From Candidatus Bipolaricaulota bacterium (lineage in GTDB: Bacteria; Bipolaricaulota; Bipolaricaulia; UBA7950; UBA9294), in assembly GCA_041302525.1 (NCBI GenBank), contig JBFYQX010000052.1, positions 1,518 through 65,517 of the forward strand: a stretch of 64,000 nt of DNA, given 5' to 3'. This document shows, in pieces, positions 1-8,397 of this stretch. Every line of letters begins with the position of its first letter. Position 1 is the first letter of the stretch. The notes beneath the pieces are model-generated. The model made no database searches and was not told where the DNA came from. It saw only the letters and a program-made list of their open reading frames with translations. Position numbers and translations under genes: made by a program.

Positions 1-142
1 AGGGGTAGATGAGCAGCTGGATCCCGAGCGCGACCAGGACAAGCCACGGCGCCCGAAGTTCGAGCGCCAGAAGTCGCGACAAGCGCCCGCCCGATGCGTA
101 CCCCACGATCAGACCGAGCAACACCCCGTAGAGGAAGATCAT
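1..142 (-). CDS. Membrane protein, N-terminal part only (gene runs off the window start). Its start codon overlaps the HD-GYP stop (ATGA).
   Basis: The reverse complement of 1..142 reads MIFLYGVLLGLIVGYASGGRLSRLLALELRAPWLVLVALGIQLLIYP, a hydrophobic TM-like peptide. The ATG at 140-142 (minus strand) overlaps the HD-GYP stop at 139-141. Confidence 0.4.
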   Translation of the reverse strand, partial: MIFLYGVLLGLIVGYASGGRLSRLLALELRAPWLVLVALGIQLLIYP

Positions 143-1446
143 GCGTTCGCCTGCTGCGGCGCGGCGCTCCCAGCGACGCGCGCGCGGCGCTTCTCGATGG
201 CGCGGACGAGCGCGTCAGCGACCGTCGGGTCGATGCTCGTCCCCCGCATCTCGCTGATCAGGCGCATGGCCTCGGCGGGGGAGAATGCCTTACGGTACGG
301 CCGGTCTGTCGACAGGGCGTTGTAGATGTCAGCCGTCGCGATGATGCGCGAGATGAGCGGGATGTCCTCTCCCTTCAGTCCGTCGGGGTAGCCGGATCCA
401 TCCCAGCGCTCGTGCTCGTGGCGGACGGCATCGACAACCGAGGAGTAAATCTCGATGCCCTCGATGAGCTGCGCGCTCACGACGGGGTGGGTCTTCATGA
501 GCTTCCACTCTTCGTCGTTGAGCGGACCGGGCTTGAGGAGGATCGCGTCGGGGATCGCCACCTTGCCAATGTCGTGAACGCGCGCGGCAATGTCAATCTG
601 CTCGAGGTCGCCTTGCGGCATGCCCATCTCGCGGCCGACGTCGACGGCCAGCTCGGCCACTTCGCTCGAGTGGACGGCCGTGTAGTGATCGCGCGCGTCG
701 AGCAGCTGCGAGATCCTCTCGAATGTACTCCTCGCTTGCGTCTGCAGCTTAAGGTAGCTGCGGAACGAGATGTGCACGAGTGTCAGAGGGAAGAGCGCCA
801 GGAACACATGCCAGATCGAGATCGAACGCAAGACGGCCAGAAGGATCGCCGAGACGCACAACACCGTGTACTGAACGAAGAACGCGCGCAGGTTCTCGAG
901 CAAGAGGTGGAGGAACGGGCGCCGCTGCGTGGCGGCAATGATCCCGACGACGAGCGACACGTTGAGTGTGAAGTAGACGGCGAACGCTGAGACGGCCAGC
1001 CCGAAGTCCATGGCCGTACGCATCGCCAGCGCTTCGCGGCCTAAGACCCGCAAGAGGATGCCGGCAAAGCTGACCGCGACGACAGCCTGTCCGACGTTGA
1101 ACGCTATCGGCACTACGGCCGTCGCCCAGGCGTCGCGGCGCCCCCCCCAGCGCAGGAGGAGCTCCGAGATGACAGACGAGACAAAGACCAACGGCAGGAC
1201 GAGGTTGGGACCGAGGATGAACAGCCCCGCCAGATAGATGGCGATCGAACTTGAGATCTCCCACTTGTAGGCAGGGATCCACGTCGCGTACACCTCGGCG
1301 AAGACGGCGAGGAACGCGAAGACAAAGAACAGAACGAGGTTATCGCTCGTGAGCGGAGGGAGATGCGCGCCCCCCCACCCGACCGCGGCCAACGCAAGAA
1401 GGGCTAGAGCCATGACGAGAACCGCAGCCCGAAAGGGGAGTCGCAT
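139..1446 (-). CDS. Membrane-anchored HD-GYP domain phosphodiesterase, with a multi-TM N-terminus and an HD-GYP C-terminus
   Basis: 435-aa ORF with several N-terminal TM helices. The C-terminus carries HD-GYP signatures (HDIGK, HHERWDGSGYPDGL). An RBS (GGAGGA) lies before the ATG. Confidence 0.85.
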   Translation of the reverse strand: MRLPFRAAVLVMALALLALAAVGWGGAHLPPLTSDNLVLFFVFAFLAVFAEVYATWIPAYKWEISSSIAIYLAGLFILGPNLVLPLVFVSSVISELLLRWGGRRDAWATAVVPIAFNVGQAVVAVSFAGILLRVLGREALAMRTAMDFGLAVSAFAVYFTLNVSLVVGIIAATQRRPFLHLLLENLRAFFVQYTVLCVSAILLAVLRSISIWHVFLALFPLTLVHISFRSYLKLQTQARSTFERISQLLDARDHYTAVHSSEVAELAVDVGREMGMPQGDLEQIDIAARVHDIGKVAIPDAILLKPGPLNDEEWKLMKTHPVVSAQLIEGIEIYSSVVDAVRHEHERWDGSGYPDGLKGEDIPLISRIIATADIYNALSTDRPYRKAFSPAEAMRLISEMRGTSIDPTVADALVRAIEKRRARVAGSAAPQQANA

Positions 1447-1545
1447 GGATCCTCCTGGCCATCGCCCTCGTGCCCATCCCGCGCGTCACCTCGATCTTAC
1501 CTGAACCCTCGGCAACCACCCAGGGTCCGCGGAGCGCTCTGGCAC

Positions 1546-1683
1546 CTAGAACGGCCTCCACTTGAGCGTCTCCATCAGCACCATCGCCGCCGCCGCTACC
1601 GTCAACACGACCAACACAGCCTTCCCACGAAACAGCTTCTTCATCTTCTTCTCCCCTTCGCGCGTGAACCCGCCCCACTTCAT
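1546..1683 (-). CDS. Small hydrophobic protein, 45 aa with a single predicted TM helix; copy 1 of a tandem duplicate
   Basis: Reverse complement translates to MKWGGFTREGEKKMKKLFRGKAVLVVLTVAAAAMVLMETLKWRPF. GAGGAG lies upstream of the first ATG and GGGGAG upstream of the internal MKKLF ATG. The six-frame track does not call it because longer spurious ORFs overlap it. Confidence 0.45.
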   Translation of the reverse strand: MKWGGFTREGEKKMKKLFRGKAVLVVLTVAAAAMVLMETLKWRPF

Positions 1684-1708
1684 GAATTGACTCCTCGCCG
1701 CCGTCCGC

Positions 1709-1846
1709 CTAGAACGGCCTCCACTTGAGCGTCTCCATCAGCACCATCGCCGCCGCCGCTACCGTCAACACGACCAACACAGCCTTCCCACGAAACAGCT
1801 TCTTCATCTTCTTCTCCCCTTCGCGATTGAATCCGCCCCACTTCAT
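1709..1846 (-). CDS. Small hydrophobic protein, 45 aa; copy 2 of the tandem duplicate. It differs from copy 1 at 2-3 nucleotides (T7N).
   Basis: The 163-bp unit 1546-1708 is repeated at 1709-1860 with near identity. A GGAGGCAG RBS precedes the ATG at 1846. Confidence 0.45.
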   Translation of the reverse strand: MKWGGFNREGEKKMKKLFRGKAVLVVLTVAAAAMVLMETLKWRPF

Positions 1847-2078
1847 GGTCTGCCTCCTTCTGGCTCTTGCTTGAGGTGCCCCCTCGCGACGCTTCGACAG
1901 TACTCCGTCCAGTACTCTTACAGCAACTGTGCATCATACATACGCGGCAAAGATCCTCGTTTCAAGGGCGCGTGCGCCCCTCGCCCCGCAGGCGTCCCCA
2001 AGGCCCGGCTCGCTTGAGGTTTGACTTCCCCGAAGGGCACGGATACCCTCTGCGGAAGACGGATTGAGAGGTGCCAGA

Positions 2079-2363
2079 GTGCGAGATTACGAGATCGTGT
2101 ACGTCATTCGCCCCGACCTTGCGGACGAAGCCCGGGCCGCCAAGGTCGAGCGCGTTCACTCGCTCGTCACCGAGAACGGCGGCGAGATCGGCAAGGTGGA
2201 GGACTGGGGCAAGCGCGTGCTCGCGTATGAGATCCGCCACTTCACGGAAGGGTACTACCGCCTGACGGAGTTCCGGATGCCCCCGGCGTCGGTCAACCTC
2301 GTCGAGGCGCGCCTGAACCTGGACGAAGAACTGCTCCGGTATCAGATCGTCGTGAGGGAGTAG
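2079..2363 (+). CDS. rpsF: 30S ribosomal protein S6
   Basis: The translation VRDYEIVYVIRPD...RYQIVVRE matches the S6 family. The probable start is GTG at 2079 with GAGAGG 7 nt upstream; the track ORF begins at a TTG at 2064. Confidence 0.9.
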   Translation: MRDYEIVYVIRPDLADEARAAKVERVHSLVTENGGEIGKVEDWGKRVLAYEIRHFTEGYYRLTEFRMPPASVNLVEARLNLDEELLRYQIVVRE

Positions 2364-2371
2364 CGAGAACC

Positions 2372-2800
2372 ATGGCGGCAAGCGTCAATCGAATCTTCCT
2401 GCTCGGCAACTTGGCCAACGACCCGGAGATGAAGTACACGCCATCCGGCAAGGCCAGGACTAGGTTCCGCCTTGCGGTCGGCCGCCGATGGAAAGACCAG
2501 GCGGGGCAGATTCAGGATGAAACGACGTTCGTGGCCGTCACGACGTGGGGCGCGCAGGCGGAGAACTGCGCTCAGTACCTGACCAAGGGCAGTTCCGCCT
2601 TCGTCGAAGGTCGCCTGCGCATCTCGAGCTACACGGACGACGAGGGAAAAGAAACGAAGTGGTTCACCGAGGTCATCGCGTCGAGCGTCCAGTTCCTGGG
2701 CTCCAAGTCCCAGAGGGCGGGCGGAGAACTCGCTGGAACCCCGGAAGCAACGACTCCGGGCGAAGAGAGCGCAATCCCCGAGGAGGAGGTTCCTTTCTAG
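2372..2800 (+). CDS. ssb: Single-stranded DNA-binding protein
   Basis: OB-fold SSB N-terminus (NRIFLLGNLANDPEMKYTPSG...), Gly/Pro/Glu-rich linker and the canonical acidic C-terminal tip EEEVPF. Confidence 0.9.
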   Translation: MAASVNRIFLLGNLANDPEMKYTPSGKARTRFRLAVGRRWKDQAGQIQDETTFVAVTTWGAQAENCAQYLTKGSSAFVEGRLRISSYTDDEGKETKWFTEVIASSVQFLGSKSQRAGGELAGTPEATTPGEESAIPEEEVPF

Positions 2801-2803
2801 GCC

Positions 2804-3040
2804 ATGTTCCACAAGAGAAAGAGAAAGTGCCGTGCGTGCGAGAACGCATCGCTCTTGGACTACAAGAAGGCTGATGAACTGAAGCAGTACATGAACCGTC
2901 TGGGCAAGATCCTGCCCAAGAGGGCCACACGGCTGTGCGCGAAGCACCAACGCAGGCTGGCCATCGAGATCAACCGCGCCCGCAAGCTGGCTCTGCTCCC
3001 GTACGTAGGCGAGCGCGAGGCGATGCGGGTGCGGCGCTGA
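2804..3040 (+). CDS. rpsR: 30S ribosomal protein S18
   Basis: MFHKRKRKCRACE...RLCAKHQRRLAIEINRARKLALLPY is a typical S18. It sits in the expected rpsF-ssb-rpsR order. Confidence 0.9.
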   Translation: MFHKRKRKCRACENASLLDYKKADELKQYMNRLGKILPKRATRLCAKHQRRLAIEINRARKLALLPYVGEREAMRVRR

Positions 3041-3064
3041 CCTTCCGCCGCGGCAGAATGCCTT

Positions 3065-3081
3065 CCCCGCGACGCGTGGGG
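3065..3081 (+). terminator. Candidate stem-loop terminator after rpsR: CCCCGCG-ACG-CGTGGGG, with one G-U pair
   Basis: 7-bp GC stem with a 3-nt loop, 25 nt after the rpsR stop. There is no U tract, so this would be an I-shaped terminator of the kind seen in high-GC genomes. Confidence 0.3.
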
Positions 3082-3182
3082 GGCGCGGCCTCCTCGATCT
3101 CACTGAGAGGATCGGGGAGGCCGTCTTCTCTCGGCGTCGCGAGGGACGATCCGGTCGCCGCGCTGCCGAGAGGATCGGAGGG

Positions 3183-4307
3183 GTGTTGAGGCGCATCGCC
3201 GCAGTCATCTTTCACGCCCCCCTCGGGACCAGCGAAGGAGAGCGCCTCGTCGAAGCCGCGCGGTGGGCCGCGAGCCTCGGCCTCGCGCGTCGCCTTCGCG
3301 ATGCTGGGGTCAGCGAGCTGTACGTCGTGACCTCCGACGAGGCACGCTGCCCGCGGCCGAGCGGCCTCATCGAGTGGCTTCCCACACCCGGCGCTGAGCC
3401 CTTTCACTTCGGCCACGCTCTTCAGGAACTGATCGCACAACTCGAGCTCGATGGCGTGCTCTACTTCGGCAGCGGGTCGGGAGGGCTCCTGGCCGTGAAC
3501 GAGCTGGCGCGTCTGGCGGAGTTCGCACGTCAGCCCTCGCCGCGCGCCGTGTTCAACAACTTCCACTCGTGCGATTTCTTCGCGCTCGCCGACGCTCGCC
3601 GGGTGCTCGATATCGAGCTTCCCGCGATTGACAACCCGCTGGGGCACACGTTGGCCGACGCCGGCTTCCCCTGCCTCGCGTTGCCGCGGAACGCGGCGAC
3701 GCAGTTCGACATTGACACGCCCACCGAGCTCGCTCTCTTGGCGCGCAGTGCGCACGGCAACGAGGCATTGCGCGCGCACTGCGCCCGGCTGGAGATCGGG
3801 CACCCCACGCTCGACCGCGCGCTCGAGATTCTCACCGACCGCACGGCGTTGACCCTGCTGGTGGGCAGGCTTAGTCCGGTGACGTGGAGTCAGTTCGAAA
3901 CCGAGGTCGCTTGCCGCACCGGCGCGCTGTCCGAAGGACGCGGCCTGCGCGCGCACGCGACGCGATACGTCCCTTGGCTTCGCCAGACGATCGCGCAGGA
4001 CGGTCCCGACATCCTGTTCGAGCGTCTGAAAGAGGCTTGCGACGCCGCCTGGATCGACTCGCGGCCCCTCTTGGCGGAGGCGGGCAAGATGCCGCCGGCC
4101 GGCGACCGGTTCGCAAGCGACCTCTTCCGTCCAGACGAGATCGGCGATCCGACGTGGCGCGCCTTCACCCAGGCGGCGCGGGACGCCGGGATCCCCATCG
4201 TCCTGGGTGGACACAGCCTGGTGAGCGGCGATCTGTACCTGGCGGCCGACGCATGCTGGAAAGGGCGAAACCTAGCTCGTAGACTTCACCCGGAACCCTT
4301 CGTGTGA
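3183..4307 (+). CDS. Hypothetical two-domain protein. The N-terminus is a MobA/CofC-like nucleotidyltransferase fold; the C-terminal domain is of unknown function.
   Basis: 374-aa ORF. The motif ...QFDIDTPTELALL resembles the DxDTPEDL motif of MobA-like NTP transferases. Its stop (TGA 4305-4307) overlaps the region upstream of the following gene. The start is uncertain (GTG 3183 or TTG 3186). Confidence 0.55.
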   Translation: MLRRIAAVIFHAPLGTSEGERLVEAARWAASLGLARRLRDAGVSELYVVTSDEARCPRPSGLIEWLPTPGAEPFHFGHALQELIAQLELDGVLYFGSGSGGLLAVNELARLAEFARQPSPRAVFNNFHSCDFFALADARRVLDIELPAIDNPLGHTLADAGFPCLALPRNAATQFDIDTPTELALLARSAHGNEALRAHCARLEIGHPTLDRALEILTDRTALTLLVGRLSPVTWSQFETEVACRTGALSEGRGLRAHATRYVPWLRQTIAQDGPDILFERLKEACDAAWIDSRPLLAEAGKMPPAGDRFASDLFRPDEIGDPTWRAFTQAARDAGIPIVLGGHSLVSGDLYLAADACWKGRNLARRLHPEPFV

Positions 4308-4321
4308 ACAAAGGAGCGATC

Positions 4322-7300
4322 ATGAGTAGCGGACGTCCCCCGCTTCATGTCCTCGATGTGGATGCCCAGACCGCAGCGCTGATGGCCGCCGAGGAACGAC
4401 GTCAGAGGGAGAAGATCATCCTGATCCCGTCGGAGAGCCTCACGCCGCTCGTGGTGCGGGAAGCGCTCGGCTCGGCCTTCACGAGCGTCTACGCCGAGGG
4501 GTACCCGCGGAAGATGATGATGCGACAGACCGAGGAGCAGCTGGCGGATCTCGACGCACAGCTGGCAAGCTACCGTCGCTACGCGGACCGCCGTTTCTAC
4601 AAGGGGACAGAGATCGCAGACGTCCTCGAGTCATTGGCCGCACGGCGCGCCGCCGAGTGCTTCGCCACGCCGGAGTACCCGGCAGAAGGGATCTACGCCA
4701 ACGTGCAGGCGCTCTCAGGGGCCGCGGCGAACCTGGCCGTGTACGACGCGCTCGTGCAGCCGGGAGAGACGGTCATGGGCATGGCGCTCACCGAAGGGGG
4801 ACACCTTACGCACGGGTCGGAGTTCAACGTCACCGGCCGCAGGTACCGTATCGTCTCCTACGCCATCGACCGCAAGACAGGCAAGCTAGACTACGACAAG
4901 ATCCGCGCCCTGGCCCGTGAGCACCGTCCACGCATGATCATCGGCGGCTTCACGTCGTACCCGTGGCAACCCGACTGGGCCCTGTTCCGCGAAATCGCCG
5001 ACGAGGTTGGAGCGATGCTTCTTGCCGACGTCGCGCACACGGCCGGACTCATCGTCGGAAGGGTCTACCCCAACCCGATTGGACATGCCCACGTCATCTC
5101 GTTTACAACCCACAAGACGCTCTGCGGGGGGCGCGGCGCTGTGATCCTGACGACGAACTCCGAACTCGCCGCGCGAATCGACACGGCGATCTTCCCTGGG
5201 CAACAGGGCGGCCCCCACGTAAACAAGTTCGCCGCCCTCGCGGTCGCGCTTCAGCTGGCGAAGGAACCCGCGTTCACCGCCCTGCAGCAGCGTATCGTGG
5301 AGAACGCGCAGCACCTGGCGCGCGCGCTCCAGGAGAACGGCCTCGCGCTCGCCTACGGGGGCACAAACACCCACCTCTTGCTCGTCGACCTGCGCGAGAT
5401 CAAGACCGAGACCGGGTTCGTCATGATGGGCGAGATCGCCTCGCGCATCCTCGACCTGGTCGGCATCGTGTGCAACAAGAACACCCTCCCCGGCGACACG
5501 AGTGCCGCGGACGCACATGGGATTCGGCTCGGCACGCCGTGGGCGACCCAACGGGGCATGGGCAAACAGGAGATGGAAGCGATCGGCCGGATCGTCGCGC
5601 GGGTTCTGCTCTCGATCCAGCCATTCTCCTACCAGGGGCTGCGCGGCGAGCTGTCGCGCGGCAAGCTCCCGGTGGAGACCCTGGAGAAGGCCCGACAGGA
5701 GGTGCGCGAGATCGTGGCCCGCATCGATCCGCGTCTCGGCGGACGGTTCGACGGCGAGACGCATCGGCAGAGCGGCTCTTCCTGGGACGTCCTGCGCGTC
5801 CGCAGCAGCCGAGCCGGCGCGCTCTTGCAGGAGGCCGCGACGAGCGACCTTCGTACGCTCGCGCCGGCCGGCACGTCGCGCGCTTTCTTCCTCGATGGGG
5901 CCGGCCGGGTTCTCTCGGGCGCCGTGATCGGCATGGTGGGAAGGGACGACTACGTCGTCCTGGTGCCTCCGAGCCGCGGCCGCGAGCTGTGCTCATGGCT
6001 CCAGGGCTTGGCCGAGGGCTATACGTTGTTCGACTCCGAGGACCTCTTCCGCAAGGTGCAGGGGCCGGCCGTGGTCGAACTCGTTGACCCCGCGGCGCTC
6101 CCCGCCTCGGCCGCGACGTGGCTGTCCCTGCGACCCGAAGGGGAGGACGCCGGGGCAGGACAACCGGGCGACGAACTCGCACGGGCCTACCCACAACGCT
6201 TCGCGCTCGACAAGCCCTACTTCGTGGGACTGCCCAAGCTCACCGACCGGGCGACTGCGCCCGCGCCGGCGGCCTTCGCGTGGGCAGGCGACGTCGCCGC
6301 GGGCCTGCGGACGACCCCGCTCCATGATTCCCACGTCGCCCTCGGGGCCAGGCTCGTGCCCTTCGCCGGCTGGGAGATGCCGGTGTGGTACACGTCGGCG
6401 CTCGAGGAGCACCGCGCGGTGCGCCACGCGGCCGGGCTGTTCGACCTCGGCCACATGGGCGTCTTTCACGTCGAGGGAGACCACGCGACGGAGTTCCTGA
6501 ACGCCGTGACCTCGAACTACGCGGGCTGGCTCGAGGACGGTCAGTCCCATTACGCCTACCTGTTCGGCCCCGACGGCGCCGTGATCGACGACATCTGGGT
6601 GTACCGCCGCGCTTGGAACCGGTACCTCGTCATCGTCAACGCGTCGAACGAGCCGAAGGATTGGGATTGGCTGAACGGAGTGAATGAGGGCCGGTACTCA
6701 GTCGACCTCGGCCGCCCAGGCTGCCGGGTCACGCCGGGCGTCGTGCTCCGCGACCTGAAGCGTGAGCGCGGCGTAGTGGACGTCGCCCTCCAAGGGCCCA
6801 AGAGCCAGGCGGTGTTGGCCCAGCTCCTCGGCCCGGCCGAACGGCGCTGGGTCGAAGGACTCGAACGCACGGAGTTCTGCGAGATCTCCGTCGATGGCCA
6901 TCAGCTGCTCGTGGCGCGAACAGGGTACACGGGCGAGCCGCTCGGCTACGAGATCTACGCCGCTGCGCCCGACGCGCTCTGGCTGTGGGAGCGCCTCCTC
7001 GACGTTGGGCGCCCCCTGGGGCTCCTCCCCTGTGGCCTCGCGTCACGCGACTCAACGCGCACGGAGGCCGGGCTGCCGCTCTACGGACACGAGATCGCCG
7101 GCCCGCACGGAGTGAATCCGTTCGAGGCAGGATTTGGCCCCTACGTCAAGCTGCACAAGTGCTTCTTCATCGGGCGAAAGGCATGCGTCGACGCGGCGCG
7201 CGCGCTCCGGCGCGAGGTGGTCCGCTTTGAGGCCGACGCGGGGGCTCGCCCCGTGCGCGAAGGCGCCCTGACCCTAGATCGCAACGGGAACGTGCTCGGG

Positions 7301-7522
7301 CGCGTGACGAGCTGCGTCAGTCTCGGCAATACGCAAACGGGCCTCGCGCTGCTCGACCGGTGCGGCGTCCCCGTGGGCACCCAGCTCCTCCTGCTCCCCG
7401 CGCCGCGGGCCGGGGCATCGTCGGGGGCGAGCGAAGGCTCTCGGTACGCGGTGCCCAGCCCTGGCCGGATCGTCGCGCGGTTCTTGGCGCAGAGCCAGCC
7501 CGCGGAGAGCGCGGCGGAGTAG
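4322..7522 (+). CDS. Fusion protein: serine hydroxymethyltransferase-like PLP domain (N-terminus) joined to a glycine-cleavage T-protein/aminomethyltransferase-like folate-binding domain (C-terminus). About 1066 aa.
   Basis: One uninterrupted frame. The N-terminus has SHMT hallmarks (LIPSESLTPLVVREALGS..YAEGYP, PLP-lysine motif ISFTTHKTLCGGRGAVI). The C-terminus has GcvT hallmarks (PLHDSHVALGARLVPFAGWEMPVWY, HRAVRHAAGLFDLGHMGVFHVEGD, EPLGYEIY). The ATG at 4322 has AAAGGAG 6 nt upstream. The track ORF begins at GTG 4304. Confidence 0.85.
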   Translation: MSSGRPPLHVLDVDAQTAALMAAEERRQREKIILIPSESLTPLVVREALGSAFTSVYAEGYPRKMMMRQTEEQLADLDAQLASYRRYADRRFYKGTEIADVLESLAARRAAECFATPEYPAEGIYANVQALSGAAANLAVYDALVQPGETVMGMALTEGGHLTHGSEFNVTGRRYRIVSYAIDRKTGKLDYDKIRALAREHRPRMIIGGFTSYPWQPDWALFREIADEVGAMLLADVAHTAGLIVGRVYPNPIGHAHVISFTTHKTLCGGRGAVILTTNSELAARIDTAIFPGQQGGPHVNKFAALAVALQLAKEPAFTALQQRIVENAQHLARALQENGLALAYGGTNTHLLLVDLREIKTETGFVMMGEIASRILDLVGIVCNKNTLPGDTSAADAHGIRLGTPWATQRGMGKQEMEAIGRIVARVLLSIQPFSYQGLRGELSRGKLPVETLEKARQEVREIVARIDPRLGGRFDGETHRQSGSSWDVLRVRSSRAGALLQEAATSDLRTLAPAGTSRAFFLDGAGRVLSGAVIGMVGRDDYVVLVPPSRGRELCSWLQGLAEGYTLFDSEDLFRKVQGPAVVELVDPAALPASAATWLSLRPEGEDAGAGQPGDELARAYPQRFALDKPYFVGLPKLTDRATAPAPAAFAWAGDVAAGLRTTPLHDSHVALGARLVPFAGWEMPVWYTSALEEHRAVRHAAGLFDLGHMGVFHVEGDHATEFLNAVTSNYAGWLEDGQSHYAYLFGPDGAVIDDIWVYRRAWNRYLVIVNASNEPKDWDWLNGVNEGRYSVDLGRPGCRVTPGVVLRDLKRERGVVDVALQGPKSQAVLAQLLGPAERRWVEGLERTEFCEISVDGHQLLVARTGYTGEPLGYEIYAAAPDALWLWERLLDVGRPLGLLPCGLASRDSTRTEAGLPLYGHEIAGPHGVNPFEAGFGPYVKLHKCFFIGRKACVDAARALRREVVRFEADAGARPVREGALTLDRNGNVLGRVTSCVSLGNTQTGLALLDRCGVPVGTQLLLLPAPRAGASSGASEGSRYAVPSPGRIVARFLAQSQPAESAAE

Positions 7523-7550
7523 GGAACAGACGGCGGCCGAGACACCCAGC

Positions 7551-7984
7551 CTAGTTCAGTCGTCGATCGCCCGGCGATGGCGGCGCGACAGACTGGAGCC
7601 ACTTCAGCTCGGGCGGAAGCACGGACTGGAGCGCCAGCGCGTACTCGCGCCACTGGTCTCGCTCCTGGCTCACGTCCTGGAGAAGCTCCTGCACGAAGGC
7701 AATCTCGACCTCTGGGCGGATCACGATGAACACGCCCGACGACGGCTCGCCGTCTCCCAGTTCGCCGCGCAGTCGGTCTGCGGCCTCGCGAATCGGCAGG
7801 CCTTCTTGCCGCCGAAGCTCCTCGAGGCGCCGCAGAATCGCGACGGCCTCGCCGCGAAAGATGAGGCGATTCCGGTCGCCGCGCGCGAGGTAGGACTGAA
7901 TCATGTCCCCGAGCGCGTCGACGCGCAGTCGAACCGCCCGCTTTGACAGGCCGAGGAACCTCGCGACTTCGTCCAGCGTGACCA
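7551..7984 (-). CDS. MerR/excisionase-family helix-turn-helix transcriptional regulator
   Basis: The internal start MVTLDEVARFLGLSKRAVRLRVD matches the N-terminal HTH of the MerR/excisionase family. The upstream part of the track ORF is Arg/Ser-rich and looks like spurious sequence. A perfect TATAAT lies 6 nt upstream of the ATG on the minus strand, implying a leaderless mRNA. Confidence 0.7.
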
Positions 7985-7990
7985 TGCGCC

Positions 7991-7996
7991 CATTAT
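7991..7996 (-). promoter_or_regulatory. Perfect -10 box (TATAAT on the minus strand) 6 nt upstream of the MerR-like ATG, i.e. a leaderless promoter. An inverted repeat CGTGTG...CACACG lies just upstream.
   Basis: The plus strand reads ATTATA at 7991-7996 and the ATG is the reverse complement of 7982-7984. No good -35 is visible. This is a low-GC island in a ~70% GC background. Confidence 0.35.
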
Positions 7997-8073
7997 ACGC
8001 GAAAGGTCCCCGCCATCGTGTGATGCGAGACACGCTGGTCACACGCGACAGAACTCTGACAGGGATGGGGGTT

Positions 8074-8397
8074 CTAGCCCCTCGCCCGAGCGCAGGGGGC
8101 CTCGTCTCCCTCGTGCGGCGCGCCGACGAGCGCGCGCCACAGGAGGTCGTCGAGGGCCATCCCACGGGGGGCGCCATCGAAGAAACGGTGAATCCTCGCG
8201 AGCGCCGCGCTCCGCTGGGGAAGCCCGCGCAGCAGAGCGTCTGCGCGACAGACATACGAGAGGCGCAGGAGATCGATGTCCGCGGCGCCGGAAGACGTCG
8301 TCGCCGGCCTCTCCTCGACAGGGGGTCGGGCCGCGCATGTGGGGACGCGCGGCGCGCCAGGATCACTACCCATCTCTGCGTACAGCGATCGGTTCAC
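8074..8397 (-). CDS. Hypothetical protein, 107 aa
   Basis: GTG start with a strong AAGGAGG RBS 5 nt upstream (reverse complement of 8403-8409). No recognisable family. Composition is plausible but Ala/Arg-rich. Confidence 0.35.
   Translation of the reverse strand: MNRSLYAEMGSDPGAPRVPTCAARPPVEERPATTSSGAADIDLLRLSYVCRADALLRGLPQRSAALARIHRFFDGAPRGMALDDLLWRALVGAPHEGDEAPCARARG

Noticed and set aside
94-990. 298-aa plus-strand ORF antisense to the HD-GYP gene, and many similar long antisense or overlapping ORFs (e.g. 10223..12349, 35486..36916, 38202..39374, 16488..17969, 2970..4214)
   Set aside because: Each overlaps a gene with clear homology on the other strand or frame. Arg/Ala/Pro-rich composition typical of GC-rich antisense frames.
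3183-4321. Glycine riboswitch upstream of the GcvT-containing fusion gene
   Set aside because: The upstream gene's stop overlaps the fusion gene's RBS region, leaving no intergenic space for a riboswitch of about 100 nt.
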